DNA from: Patescibacteria group bacterium
GTDB lineage: Bacteria; Patescibacteriota; Microgenomatia; Levybacterales; UBA12049
Direction: 5' to 3'
DNA: 64,000 nucleotides
Assembly: GCA_026004395.1 (NCBI GenBank)
Contig: BPJB01000001.1
Coordinates: forward strand, 777,226-841,225
A program made the translations under genes and the position numbers. This document shows, piece after piece, positions 20,575 through 30,312 of the stretch (its first letter is position 1; the number at the start of each line of letters is the position of its first letter). The notes beneath the pieces were generated by a model. That model saw only the letters and a program-made list of their open reading frames with translations, was not told where the DNA came from and ran no database searches.

Positions 20575-21522
20575 TTATTTTGAATTTTTACTGGTTTTTT
20601 CGACCTTTGAATTTTTAGATGTGCTTTTTCCTTTTGAGTTTGGACTTTTAATTTTTTCATTCTCTTTTTTCTCTATCTCTTTTTCCACTGCTTTCTTATC
20701 TTTTGCTATTGCCTTATCTGTCGCTTTTGATGATTCTTGGGCTTTTTTCTTTTCTTTGGATGAAGAATCTGTCTCTTTCCCAGATTCTGGCTTTGATGCT
20801 GTTTTCTTCACAGCCTCAGTTCCCACTTTCCCCTCAATCCAGGCATCAACAATATGATCCACAATAAGTTTTATAGATCCTACAGCATCATCATTAGCAG
20901 GAATTGGATAATCAATTATCGTTGGATCTGCATTAGTATCTGTAATACCAACTGTTGTGACACCCATTGCACGTGCTTCCTTAACTGCTAATTGTTCCAA
21001 ATGAGTATCGATAATAAAGACTGCATCAGGGATTTTGTTCATCTCCTGTACTCCCCAATAGAAACTTTCCAGTTTTGCTCTTTCTTTTTCCAAAAGAGAT
21101 AGTTCTTTTTTTGTAAATCGAGCTTTTTCGGAAGGATTATGCAAAATCTCAGTAAGCTCTTTAAGTCGTTTGAAGTTTTTGGAGACTTCTTGAAAATTGG
21201 TCAGAAGTCCTCCCACCCATCTATTAGTGACAAAATAGAGACCATTAGCGCCAGCATCCTTTACCCTCTGTGCGTTTTCGCGTACCACTGATTCTGCCTG
21301 ACGTTTTGTACCCAGGATGATCATTGTACCACCCTTTTTTGCAAGGTTGAATACATAAGAGGCTGCCTCATCGAGTCCTTCTTTTGTCTTTGCCAAGTCA
21401 ATAATATGGATATTATCGCGAGCTTCAAAGATGTATTCACGAGCTTTGGGGTTCTGGCGTGTGACTTGATGTCCAAAATGACATCCTGCCTCTAATAATT
21501 CTTCAAGAGTAATATTTTTCAT
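20575..21522 (-). CDS. rpsB: 30S ribosomal protein S2 with lysine-rich C-terminal extension
   Basis: 315 aa. LLEAGCHFGHQVTRQNPKAREYIF N-terminus typical of uS2, plus ~80-aa K/S/E-rich tail. Confidence 0.9.
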   Translation of the reverse strand: MKNITLEELLEAGCHFGHQVTRQNPKAREYIFEARDNIHIIDLAKTKEGLDEAASYVFNLAKKGGTMIILGTKRQAESVVRENAQRVKDAGANGLYFVTNRWVGGLLTNFQEVSKNFKRLKELTEILHNPSEKARFTKKELSLLEKERAKLESFYWGVQEMNKIPDAVFIIDTHLEQLAVKEARAMGVTTVGITDTNADPTIIDYPIPANDDAVGSIKLIVDHIVDAWIEGKVGTEAVKKTASKPESGKETDSSSKEKKKAQESSKATDKAIAKDKKAVEKEIEKKENEKIKSPNSKGKSTSKNSKVEKTSKNSK

Positions 21523-21609
21523 ATATGTCCTTTATTCCTCCATCTAGCTTAAGGTACAGCAAGGACATCTGCTAGATGTGCGTAATGAATATCATTATAC
21601 ACAAAAAAT

Positions 21610-22050
21610 ATGTATAATACAAGAAGACGTATGATGAAACATCTACCGCTTCTAATTATCTTCAGCTTTATACTTTTAGGATCTCTAAGTTTTTGGGTAT
21701 TTATTTTTACACATTCTCAACAAACAAAGAATATGCAAAAAGTAGAAACCAAATCGTATTCCTGTTCAAAAATTGTGGAGGAAAAATCAATAATTATCAC
21801 AAATATGCAATTCTCACCGTCCTTATTGAAAATACCGCGATGTTCAAAAGTAACATTTATCAATCAGGATAAAACTGATCATTGGCCTGCATCAGATATC
21901 CATCCAACACATGGAATTTATCCTGAGTTTGATCCTAAAAGATCTCTCAAACCAAATGAAAAATGGTCATTTGTCTTTGAGAAAAAGGGTAAGTGGAGTT
22001 TTCACGATCATCTCCATCCAACAACCTATGGTACGATAGAAGTACTATGA
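21610..22050 (+). CDS. Membrane-anchored cupredoxin-fold-like protein
   Basis: 146 aa. N-terminal TM helix, then beta-rich domain with F.P..L.IP....V.F.N.D...H and C-terminal H..HP..YG..I.V, resembling cupredoxin-like domains. Assignment tentative. Confidence 0.35.
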   Translation: MYNTRRRMMKHLPLLIIFSFILLGSLSFWVFIFTHSQQTKNMQKVETKSYSCSKIVEEKSIIITNMQFSPSLLKIPRCSKVTFINQDKTDHWPASDIHPTHGIYPEFDPKRSLKPNEKWSFVFEKKGKWSFHDHLHPTTYGTIEVL

Positions 22051-22589
22051 AATTGGCAATAAAAAAATCAGTCGCTATAGTTTTTTTTCTTGGCATTATT
22101 GCACTTAATTTGACTCTTTTTGTGATATATCGGATATTTAGCGACTTCTCTTCTCCAGAGAATAGCATTGATCAAAATAATCAAAACCAAAAAACAAGTG
22201 AACAAAAAGCAAATGGACAAGCCATAGAAGTTGGCCCAGCTGCACCAAAGATAGAGCTTCTGCGTGTCCTACCCCCTGATATACCTGAAAGTGAACGTAA
22301 AAAACATGAAGATTTTCTCAGAAAAAATGCAAGAGAGACTGCAATTGTTTTTATCAATAGAGACTGTGATTCTTCCCCTACTGTTGCCAAAATAGTTGGT
22401 GTGGCAACAATGAAATTTATAAATGAAGATAAAGTTGAACACACAGTGACCATTGCCGGCAAATCAACATTTACTGTTAAACCAGGAATACCTTATCTGA
22501 TCAAAGTCAATACATTAGAAAAAAATAAATTAATTGCTTATACTTGCGACAAAAAAGATAATTTATCAGGGTATATTTACATCCCCTGA
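22047..22589 (+). CDS. Membrane-anchored cupredoxin-fold-like protein (paralog)
   Basis: ORF track starts at 21993, but the likely start is MKLAIKK at 22047, overlapping the upstream stop (ATGA coupling). TM helix, then AIVFINRD....VEHTVTIAGKSTFTVKPG..Y.IKV beta-rich domain. Confidence 0.3.
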   Translation: MKLAIKKSVAIVFFLGIIALNLTLFVIYRIFSDFSSPENSIDQNNQNQKTSEQKANGQAIEVGPAAPKIELLRVLPPDIPESERKKHEDFLRKNARETAIVFINRDCDSSPTVAKIVGVATMKFINEDKVEHTVTIAGKSTFTVKPGIPYLIKVNTLEKNKLIAYTCDKKDNLSGYIYIP

Positions 22590-22674
22590 TATTTTTAGTC
22601 TTTAACTCTAATAATAAAGTTTTATTAACTTAAACTTTTAAGTAAAATCAGAATGGTTTCCTCTCCATTGGGAA

Positions 22675-23697
22675 CTAAAACAAAGATCTCGTCAGATATG
22701 TAGAAATAAAACTTACACATTCATCATATTGTTTATCGTCTTTCAATACATCACAAAGATCCTCTCTCTTGTTACCTCGACTAACTGAAAGAAATGTTGA
22801 GAATGCAGCTGCCTCAAAAAAACAGCGCTTCTTATCAAAAGCTGTTGGAGCGCGCTCACAAAGGGAGAAAAGAAGCACTTTATCCCCTTCATAAACTGAA
22901 GCGTACAAATCAGCAAGCGTTACATAACAGGCTGATGCTATCTTTCCTTGATATGTTCTACAATAAGTCTCTCGTTCTGCAATAAAATTTTTGTCCCATT
23001 TTTTTCTTTCTGCAATACCATGCTCTACAAGATTTTCCCTGTTGCTATCCTCCATGAATACCCCCTCTGCACATCCGTATTGATTGAGATCGTCTAAGGA
23101 GGAACAAATATTGATTGCCTCAGGAATATTGCCTTTTGTTTGTACTAAAAGAAGATGACCTGTGGCATGAGCACAACTCGTATCATAAGCTAAGTTTGCT
23201 TTAGAATCTCCTTGAACAATTCCACATATTTTTTTAATCGTCTGAGCATTAAGCCTAAAATTAGGATTTGATCCGATGTGTGCCTCAATAACTCCATGGA
23301 AAAAACCGCGAGTGCACGCAAAAGGATCAATATTCTCCAGTACTGAAAGCCATTTATCTGGATCTTTTCTTACTTCCTCTTGTGCAATTTTATGCGCATA
23401 GGGATGACAATATTTTACACTTGGATCCAGTTTTGCCAATCTCTGAAGCAAAATCAATGCCTCCTGAAGAGAATGCTGACTAGTAAATGTTGCAAAAAGA
23501 TCCTGATAACACGCTGTTTTATTTGCATGCGCAGCACAAGTGTCAAAAAATTCACGACTTTTATTTTCAATAGTGGTTTTTCTTTTTTCAACAAAACTGA
23601 AGTTTTTTTTAAAGTAAAGAGAAAAGAAAATAGCAATATCTGCTACAATAATTGCACATAAAACACTACAGATAAAAATAAAGCTTTTTCTCTTCAT
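22675..23697 (-). CDS. Membrane-anchored Cys/His-repeat protein (paralog A)
   Basis: 340 aa. N-terminal TM. Internal repeats of C-x-x-G-(F/I)-x-H-G type (CTRGFFHGVIEAHIG, CAHATGHLLLVQT, CAEGVFMED...VEHGIAE, CFFEAAAFS). Clear paralog of the adjacent gene. Confidence 0.4.
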   Translation of the reverse strand: MKRKSFIFICSVLCAIIVADIAIFFSLYFKKNFSFVEKRKTTIENKSREFFDTCAAHANKTACYQDLFATFTSQHSLQEALILLQRLAKLDPSVKYCHPYAHKIAQEEVRKDPDKWLSVLENIDPFACTRGFFHGVIEAHIGSNPNFRLNAQTIKKICGIVQGDSKANLAYDTSCAHATGHLLLVQTKGNIPEAINICSSLDDLNQYGCAEGVFMEDSNRENLVEHGIAERKKWDKNFIAERETYCRTYQGKIASACYVTLADLYASVYEGDKVLLFSLCERAPTAFDKKRCFFEAAAFSTFLSVSRGNKREDLCDVLKDDKQYDECVSFISTYLTRSLF

Positions 23698-24935
23698 CGA
23701 GGTCTTTTATCTCCTAAGCAATAGGGACGATAATTCTTAGGAACATGCGAACAATAACTCTGTATTTCTCTTTGTTTAAGTTTCATTGAAAGAAAATCAT
23801 TGATCATTACGAAACATTCATTATTTCTTTTCTTTTGCGCAAGACAAAAAGAAATTGCTGCCTTACGGGGTTCAAGCGTAGAGTTGAGTAAACTCTTTAC
23901 AGCAATTGACATACACTGTTCAACAAAGCTGTTATCAGAAAAAGCTGTACAAACAGCTGCAAAATATTCATTATCTGCTTTAGGATTTTGAATAAAGGTT
24001 GCTACTCCGTGCAGAAAACATGCTTTCTGCAGAGTCTCGGAAGGAGCGTTCTTACAGTCTCGCAAAACTAGATACGGAGTAAGACGTGCACGATGATTAT
24101 ATAGATGAGAAATTTCTTGCCAACACCCATAGGCTATATTGCCATCATATTGTCTGCAGATTTTTTCTATTTCTGTAATTGTCCTATCATCCCAAGGGAC
24201 AAACTCCGCAATCCCATGAGCAACAAGATTTTCTCTAGTAAAGTTCTCCATAAATATTCCGCTAGCACATTCCTTTTGCAGATAAACTGGTATTGATCGA
24301 CAGATCTTGACTGCATCAGCAATATTTGCATGTGTCTGTACTAGAAGAACATGACCAATAATATGTGCACATGTTTGATCAACACCACGTGAACCTTTTT
24401 CATTTAACATTGCTTCACAAAAACTGGGAATAGTTTTAGAATTCAAGGTAAATGTAGGATCAACACGTATCTTTCCTTCAATAATTCCATGAATAAATCC
24501 ATAGTTACAGATATTCGGATCAACTATTTTTAAAAGCTGTTGCCATCTATCAGGATGCTTCGCTACCTCCTCACTCATTATCTTATGAGCAATAACATGA
24601 CAATCTGATAGACGTTGGTCTTTCTTATTAATTGCTTCAAGGAGTTTGAGCGTAAAAGCAAGATCATACTCTTTTGCCAGTTTGGCAAACATGTCAGAAT
24701 AACAACCATTCCAGAGATCAGTTGCTGAACATTGAGTAAGCAGAGATTGAGATTCTTTCTCAACTGCTTGTTTTTCTACCTGATCTCTCTCCATTTGATG
24801 TTTTTGAGAGATTGCAAAAAGAGCAATGATATCTGCAACAATAATTAGTACCAAAAAATACGCTATGATTGCTAACAATGATGGATGTTTTAAAAGAGGA
24901 AATTTTCTTAAAAATGATATATTTTTTGCCGACAT
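23694..24935 (-). CDS. Membrane-anchored Cys/His-repeat protein (paralog B)
   Basis: 413 aa. N-terminal TM. Colinear motifs with paralog A (CHVIAHKI, CNYGFIHGIIEGKIR, CAHIIGHVLLVQT, CASGIFMEN...VAHGIAE, CFLHGVATF). 4-nt overlap with the downstream gene. Confidence 0.4.
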   Translation of the reverse strand: MSAKNISFLRKFPLLKHPSLLAIIAYFLVLIIVADIIALFAISQKHQMERDQVEKQAVEKESQSLLTQCSATDLWNGCYSDMFAKLAKEYDLAFTLKLLEAINKKDQRLSDCHVIAHKIMSEEVAKHPDRWQQLLKIVDPNICNYGFIHGIIEGKIRVDPTFTLNSKTIPSFCEAMLNEKGSRGVDQTCAHIIGHVLLVQTHANIADAVKICRSIPVYLQKECASGIFMENFTRENLVAHGIAEFVPWDDRTITEIEKICRQYDGNIAYGCWQEISHLYNHRARLTPYLVLRDCKNAPSETLQKACFLHGVATFIQNPKADNEYFAAVCTAFSDNSFVEQCMSIAVKSLLNSTLEPRKAAISFCLAQKKRNNECFVMINDFLSMKLKQREIQSYCSHVPKNYRPYCLGDKRPR

Positions 24936-25078
24936 TACGTTTATAGTACACAGCTTGGGAGAAAAAATTCAAGCATGCCCAAAGAATTATTGCTCAACTT
25001 CTTGCAAGAAATATTTTATGTAATCAAAATTGATTAGAGTTAATTCTGGATAAATTCTCAACGAGAGAAAAATTAATT

Positions 25079-26050
25079 TTACTCTGTGGTATGTTTTTTG
25101 GAGTCGGCAAGATATTCTTCAGCAACTTGAGGAAGAGAAGATAGCACCTGAAAAGTAGGCTTCATTGAGAGATGACTATAGGGACGAGGAAATTTGGTGG
25201 TCATGTACTCTTCCTCAAGCATAGCATCGCTTAAAACTTCATATGGCATTCTACCGTAATATGTTATCCCGCGAACAAATGCATCGAACAGAGATGGATT
25301 ATCCTGCCAAAATGTCTGTATAAATTCCCATTCTTTTATCTCTTGCTCAGCTTGGGGAAGTCTAGCAAGAAATGTATAATATTCATCAAGATTTCCTTCT
25401 TTAATTAATTCCGTCAGATAGTAACTTCGTGCCATATCCTGAATCTGAAATAAAGCTGCTGGAAGAGCTATACGTATCTTATCCATAGCCATTGCAAAAA
25501 GTGCGTTGGTTGAGGCAAGCTGCGCGATCGCTTCCACATAATCGCTTTGTTCACAACTTAACTCATTGGCATGAGAATCTTCATGTGCAATAGTAGAGAC
25601 TAAAAGAGGTTTCTTTTGAGGTGAACCTAAGTAACTATTTTCTTCAAAAAAACCACTGTTTAGTCTTATAATTGCAGGCTGCGAGTACACAGCACCAATT
25701 TGTCTACACTGAGTTCTTCCAAAAGAAAAATATTGTCTCAAGAGATCAGTTGGTCCTCCAAAATCTTCGATGACGATCTCAGGATAAATTAGAGTATTTT
25801 CATTTTTGTAGCCTGCTTTGGCAAGATAAGGAACAAACTCGTTTTGAAAAGCAATTGCTTCATCTAAACTACTAATAACTGGTGCCTCGGGTCTTATTTT
25901 CTCAAGTATTTCTGCGACATCAATAGCAAGATTAGCTGCATTTTCTTTGTTTGGTGGAGGTAAAAGATATGACTCAAGTTTTAAAGAAGGCTGCACTATC
26001 TCCTCCTTTGATAATCTTTGAGAAAAAAAAGAAGCAGCAGCAACCCCCAT
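25079..26050 (-). CDS. Hypothetical protein
   Basis: 323 aa ORF with no recognisable motif (contains AHEDSHANELSCEQ). Confidence 0.3.
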   Translation of the reverse strand: MGVAAASFFSQRLSKEEIVQPSLKLESYLLPPPNKENAANLAIDVAEILEKIRPEAPVISSLDEAIAFQNEFVPYLAKAGYKNENTLIYPEIVIEDFGGPTDLLRQYFSFGRTQCRQIGAVYSQPAIIRLNSGFFEENSYLGSPQKKPLLVSTIAHEDSHANELSCEQSDYVEAIAQLASTNALFAMAMDKIRIALPAALFQIQDMARSYYLTELIKEGNLDEYYTFLARLPQAEQEIKEWEFIQTFWQDNPSLFDAFVRGITYYGRMPYEVLSDAMLEEEYMTTKFPRPYSHLSMKPTFQVLSSLPQVAEEYLADSKKHTTE

Positions 26051-26335
26051 AAATCTTTATAGCATCTCTCTTCTAGACATAGAAAAACTATCTCTCTGAG
26101 GCAAAGAAGATGTTGACTCAGAAGAAGAGTTATTATCTGCCACTATCTTCGCTTTGTGAAGCAGCTCTGAGTGTTCTGTTGACATAAGTTAAGTATAAAA
26201 AGATTAATCAGTGATGTCAACAACTATAAGATGAGTCTTTACTGCTTATAGTTTGATAATTAAAGATTTTTTCACTCATCTGCTTGCTTTATTTGCACTT
26301 AAGTACTATGCTTTCATAGTAAATACTATTTAACT

Positions 26336-27790
26336 ATGAGATCTATCTCAGAAAATCTTAAAGAATCATCTACCAATAAGCATTGGACGATTAACCGTCG
26401 CAAACTGTTGGGTGCAGCTCTTGGCGCTACAGCAGTAACCATCTTTGGAACTGAAACAATAAAAAAAATAGCCTCTGACTCTTCTTCTCCCAAACTAACA
26501 CAACCTTCTTTAGAAGAATTACCTACTGAGCAAACTCCTTCACCACAAATTGAATCTCAAGATATATCTGAACTTTCAATTATTAGTAAAAATGGATCAA
26601 TCGAATTTTCTGAAGCAGCTCTTTTAAATGGTATCGCTGAGATGCGAGATTGGAATATCTTTGTAGATATAGGTCAAATTAATAGAGTAATCTATAGTGG
26701 CGAGGATATTACATTGCAAATTTCTGTAAATAATATAGAGGGGACAGTCGATCCTTTTCTTAAGATTACATCTTGGAGCCTGGATATGACCCCAAAAAAT
26801 ACTAATGATGATTTTATAACTAAAGGTGTAGATTACATTACACCACTAGATAACCTAGATAATCCGAAACGAAAATACAAATACAATATGAAACTCTTCC
26901 CTGCCGGATCAGAAGGTAGCATACTAACTATATCAGTAAATGGGAAGGAGTATTCAAGAAGACTTTTACCTCCTCAATATATCTACCCTTCAACTGACAA
27001 CGAGATAATTTTGGTTTCAGATACAGAATTAGGTCCAGAGAAAGAATCGCTTAAGAATTTATTAAGTAGCGCCAAAACATTTATTACTGATAAGCAACTC
27101 CTTACATTTCTACGCCGTCCACTTTCAGATTACGGAATAGATGTCATTGAAGATCAGGAAAACACAAGATGTACGCCAATTGTCCTTACATCACAGGAAT
27201 TTGCTGATCAAGTAAGTAGCATAGCACGATCAGTCTCAGAAAATATAGGCAATCTACCAAAAGCATTAAGAGCATGGGAAGCTCTTGAAAATCGCTTTGA
27301 AGTAGTAAAGTCACGTCTTCTTGAAAAAGGTATTCAGTTAATAAATCCCTCCTCTAATACACTTGAAGATCCAAAACCCATTTCTCTTGCTGAGTTTATG
27401 TTCTCAAAACCTGGAAAACCAGAAGAAAAATCAAATAAAAATAATCAGTTTGATGTCAAATTAATAACACAACGATTTATAGAAAATATTCTTTTAGATC
27501 CCCAAGGATGGGAAGAAAAGTTTAGACAATTAAACTACACTGATCCAAACACTGCAAGTCGATCTGATAAAGTTATAGTAAGTTATACAGCATCAGCAAT
27601 TTATAATGTCTTTTTAGCTGTTGATCCTGAAAAAACAAGAAAATTTCTACCTGCTCTTCAACCATGGAGCGATAAACCAGATGAGACTTGGATCAAGCTG
27701 GGACAGACTCATGTATTTGACACTGACGCTACTACAGAATTTTTACTAAGAGAAATACCAACTGCTGTTCCTCGACCATCCGCACCTTAA
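26336..27790 (+). CDS. Hypothetical exported/membrane protein with Tat-like signal
   Basis: 484 aa. NRRKLLGAALGATAVTIFG twin-arginine-like motif plus hydrophobic helix ~30 aa from the N-terminus. Confidence 0.35.
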   Translation: MRSISENLKESSTNKHWTINRRKLLGAALGATAVTIFGTETIKKIASDSSSPKLTQPSLEELPTEQTPSPQIESQDISELSIISKNGSIEFSEAALLNGIAEMRDWNIFVDIGQINRVIYSGEDITLQISVNNIEGTVDPFLKITSWSLDMTPKNTNDDFITKGVDYITPLDNLDNPKRKYKYNMKLFPAGSEGSILTISVNGKEYSRRLLPPQYIYPSTDNEIILVSDTELGPEKESLKNLLSSAKTFITDKQLLTFLRRPLSDYGIDVIEDQENTRCTPIVLTSQEFADQVSSIARSVSENIGNLPKALRAWEALENRFEVVKSRLLEKGIQLINPSSNTLEDPKPISLAEFMFSKPGKPEEKSNKNNQFDVKLITQRFIENILLDPQGWEEKFRQLNYTDPNTASRSDKVIVSYTASAIYNVFLAVDPEKTRKFLPALQPWSDKPDETWIKLGQTHVFDTDATTEFLLREIPTAVPRPSAP

Positions 27791-28298
27791 GTTTACTATT
27801 CGTAATTATTCTTTAGATTAAAGTAAAATTTGCTTTCTAAAATTGATTCTCTTAAAGTCAACTTAAATTATTTTGAAACTTTCGTTGTTATTTTTTGTTT
27901 TAGCAGTACTCTATTTCTTGTTTAAAAATGTCTTCTCTACACCCCAAAATCTATCGTCAATGAAGATTTATCTTTTTTAATTGATATCATCGAAAAGAAT
28001 GTCTGAGAGCACAAGCTAAACGGAATATGTTAAGTGTTCTTGAGATAAAAATATCTGTAAATTATACTTTAAACCATTTAAGTTAGAATCCAGACAGAAA
28101 ATGCAGATTAAGAATTTATCTTAAAAGACTCATCTATCCTTCCCTATATTTTAAGTTAAATGAAAATATCTTAATTTTTTATTGCATTGTTTTTGCACAT
28201 TAATTGTATATAGTGTATACTATATTGAAATAGGTATAGCACTATAGTACACATATCTTAAAGTAAGTTAGTTTATCAAAACTTACAGATTTTAAAAG

Positions 28299-29687
28299 AT
28301 GAGCGTTTTTAATAAAGAATATATACATACCAATAGAATTTCATCCGTTCGTAAGGAACTTCAAGATTTATTAAGAGAATCTCCAACAGCATCAGAAGTT
28401 GATGATAAATTACTGATTGCTGATCTTGAAGAAAGTCTTAAAGAGACAAAAAGAAAGTTAAGCAGAAGGACGTTTATTGCGGGTGCAGCTGGAATTGCTG
28501 GTGGTACTATTGCTAGTTTTTTGGTTAAAAAATATGATTTAGACAAATCAAGCAATTCAAATTCTACAAAGATCGAACATAAATCTTTTGCAAATACTCT
28601 TAATCCAGACTCTCAACTTGGTGAGAATCCTGCTAACGCAGTTGATTATAAATGGAGAATAGCGATTCCATATGAGATCGCTCAAAATACGATAGATGTA
28701 ACTGTCAGAAGTAATGGTCTAAATATTTCTGAGAAATTAAAACTAAAAGCAGGAGAAAAGCCTGATGTAAATATTCCAATGTTTGTAGGTCCTGATAACA
28801 AATTATATTGTTATCTATATGGAATACCAACAAGTGATAGTGGCATAGTAGAGGTAAATATAGGTGACAATAATTATAATATTTTTCTTAAGAGTATAGT
28901 TCCACAAGTGGGTGATAGAACAGGATTGTTTTTACTTGAAGAAGAAATTTCAGATTTAAAAGATAGTGTTCTTTTTAATAATATTGTTGAAATTTTGGAG
29001 AATGCAGAAATATTTCTTCCTACTGAAGACAAATTTACAGTATGGATACCACAATTAGCTTTTCCAGGGAGAACTGTTATAAGTGAAGATCGGATTGGTA
29101 TTGTTGTGTCACAAGAACAAATTCAGCAATCAAATTTTTTAACATCGGAGTTGCCTTATATTTTGGGTAAAAGTATACTACCAATTTATTTTTCGCCTGA
29201 TAAGCAGAATCTTATAAAACCGGGTATATTGAAACAAATAGGAGATTTTATTGAAACATATCAATCACAAACAACAGTAGGACAACTTAAAGCCAATGGT
29301 GCTAAATTTAATGACGAAGGCCAAATTATTACCTATCCTTCTTATCTTCAAGCTTTACAGGTTGTTTCTTATGATTCAAATTTTACCAAAGCAGGTAATA
29401 TTACTTTAAATTCCAACATTGAAGATTTCAATGATTTATTCGCGCAAATATATACAATTACCGCTAATACAGAATATCTTCAAAAGTTTTCAGACTGGTT
29501 TGATAATACTAATTCCATTCAACGTGCATTTACAGTCCCATTACTTCAAAAATATACAACTTTGTTAGAGATAATGCATAAGGGTGATAGGAGAAATACT
29601 GCCTATAAAAACATAAAAGAATTTTTATCAAAAAGACGAATTGATAGTAGCAATTCTAAATCAAATCAAAGATCAATAACCCCATAA
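28299..29687 (+). CDS. Hypothetical exported/membrane protein with Tat-like signal
   Basis: 462 aa. LSRRTFIAGAAGIAGGTIASFLV (RRxF + hydrophobic) ~55 aa from the N-terminus. Same architecture as the upstream gene. AT-rich. Confidence 0.35.
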   Translation: MSVFNKEYIHTNRISSVRKELQDLLRESPTASEVDDKLLIADLEESLKETKRKLSRRTFIAGAAGIAGGTIASFLVKKYDLDKSSNSNSTKIEHKSFANTLNPDSQLGENPANAVDYKWRIAIPYEIAQNTIDVTVRSNGLNISEKLKLKAGEKPDVNIPMFVGPDNKLYCYLYGIPTSDSGIVEVNIGDNNYNIFLKSIVPQVGDRTGLFLLEEEISDLKDSVLFNNIVEILENAEIFLPTEDKFTVWIPQLAFPGRTVISEDRIGIVVSQEQIQQSNFLTSELPYILGKSILPIYFSPDKQNLIKPGILKQIGDFIETYQSQTTVGQLKANGAKFNDEGQIITYPSYLQALQVVSYDSNFTKAGNITLNSNIEDFNDLFAQIYTITANTEYLQKFSDWFDNTNSIQRAFTVPLLQKYTTLLEIMHKGDRRNTAYKNIKEFLSKRRIDSSNSKSNQRSITP

Positions 29688-29820
29688 GATAGATTTAAAT
29701 TTAATTTCTGACTAACTGAAATACATGTAATATATTTTCTTAGTAAGACTAAGAATCTTTTCTTATTTAAATTTTTAGAGATTACTGAAAATAATGTTAT
29801 AATCATGTTATACTCTTCTT

Positions 29821-30312
29821 ATGAGCCTCACTAAAGCAATAATTTTTGTTTTATTAATAATGTCATTTATTATTGGTAGTATTTTTCTTGCAACTTTTCC
29901 TTTTTCATTTCTACACAGAGAATTAAGTATTCAAAATAACTCTAAAAAAATTAACTTTTATTGGAATTATAATAATAACAAAAAACTAATATCTTGTTTA
30001 AAAGAAATTAGCACACAAAAACAGCAGCATTTAAATAAAATAATGTTAATAATAGAAGATTCAAATTTGCAAACGCCATTATCTAAACCAATATATGAAG
30101 AAAAGAAACAACTTCTTAAAGTTTTTTTGTATCTTCCAAGCTCTCCTATGATTAAAAATAATAATCTTGCTTATACTAGAGTTGTCTATACAAATCTTAT
30201 TTTTTCTTTAATGGAATATTATAAAATGCAAGATCAACAGAATTGTTTATACGAAGAATATTTGGAAACAAGAGACAATAAAATACGATATTTTAATATC
30301 TCTTTAAAATGA
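29821..30312 (+). CDS. Hypothetical small membrane protein (very AT-rich)
   Basis: 163 aa ORF with N-terminal TM helix, Asn/Lys/Ile-rich. Overlaps the start of the large downstream gene by 4 nt. Confidence 0.25.
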   Translation: MSLTKAIIFVLLIMSFIIGSIFLATFPFSFLHRELSIQNNSKKINFYWNYNNNKKLISCLKEISTQKQQHLNKIMLIIEDSNLQTPLSKPIYEEKKQLLKVFLYLPSSPMIKNNNLAYTRVVYTNLIFSLMEYYKMQDQQNCLYEEYLETRDNKIRYFNISLK

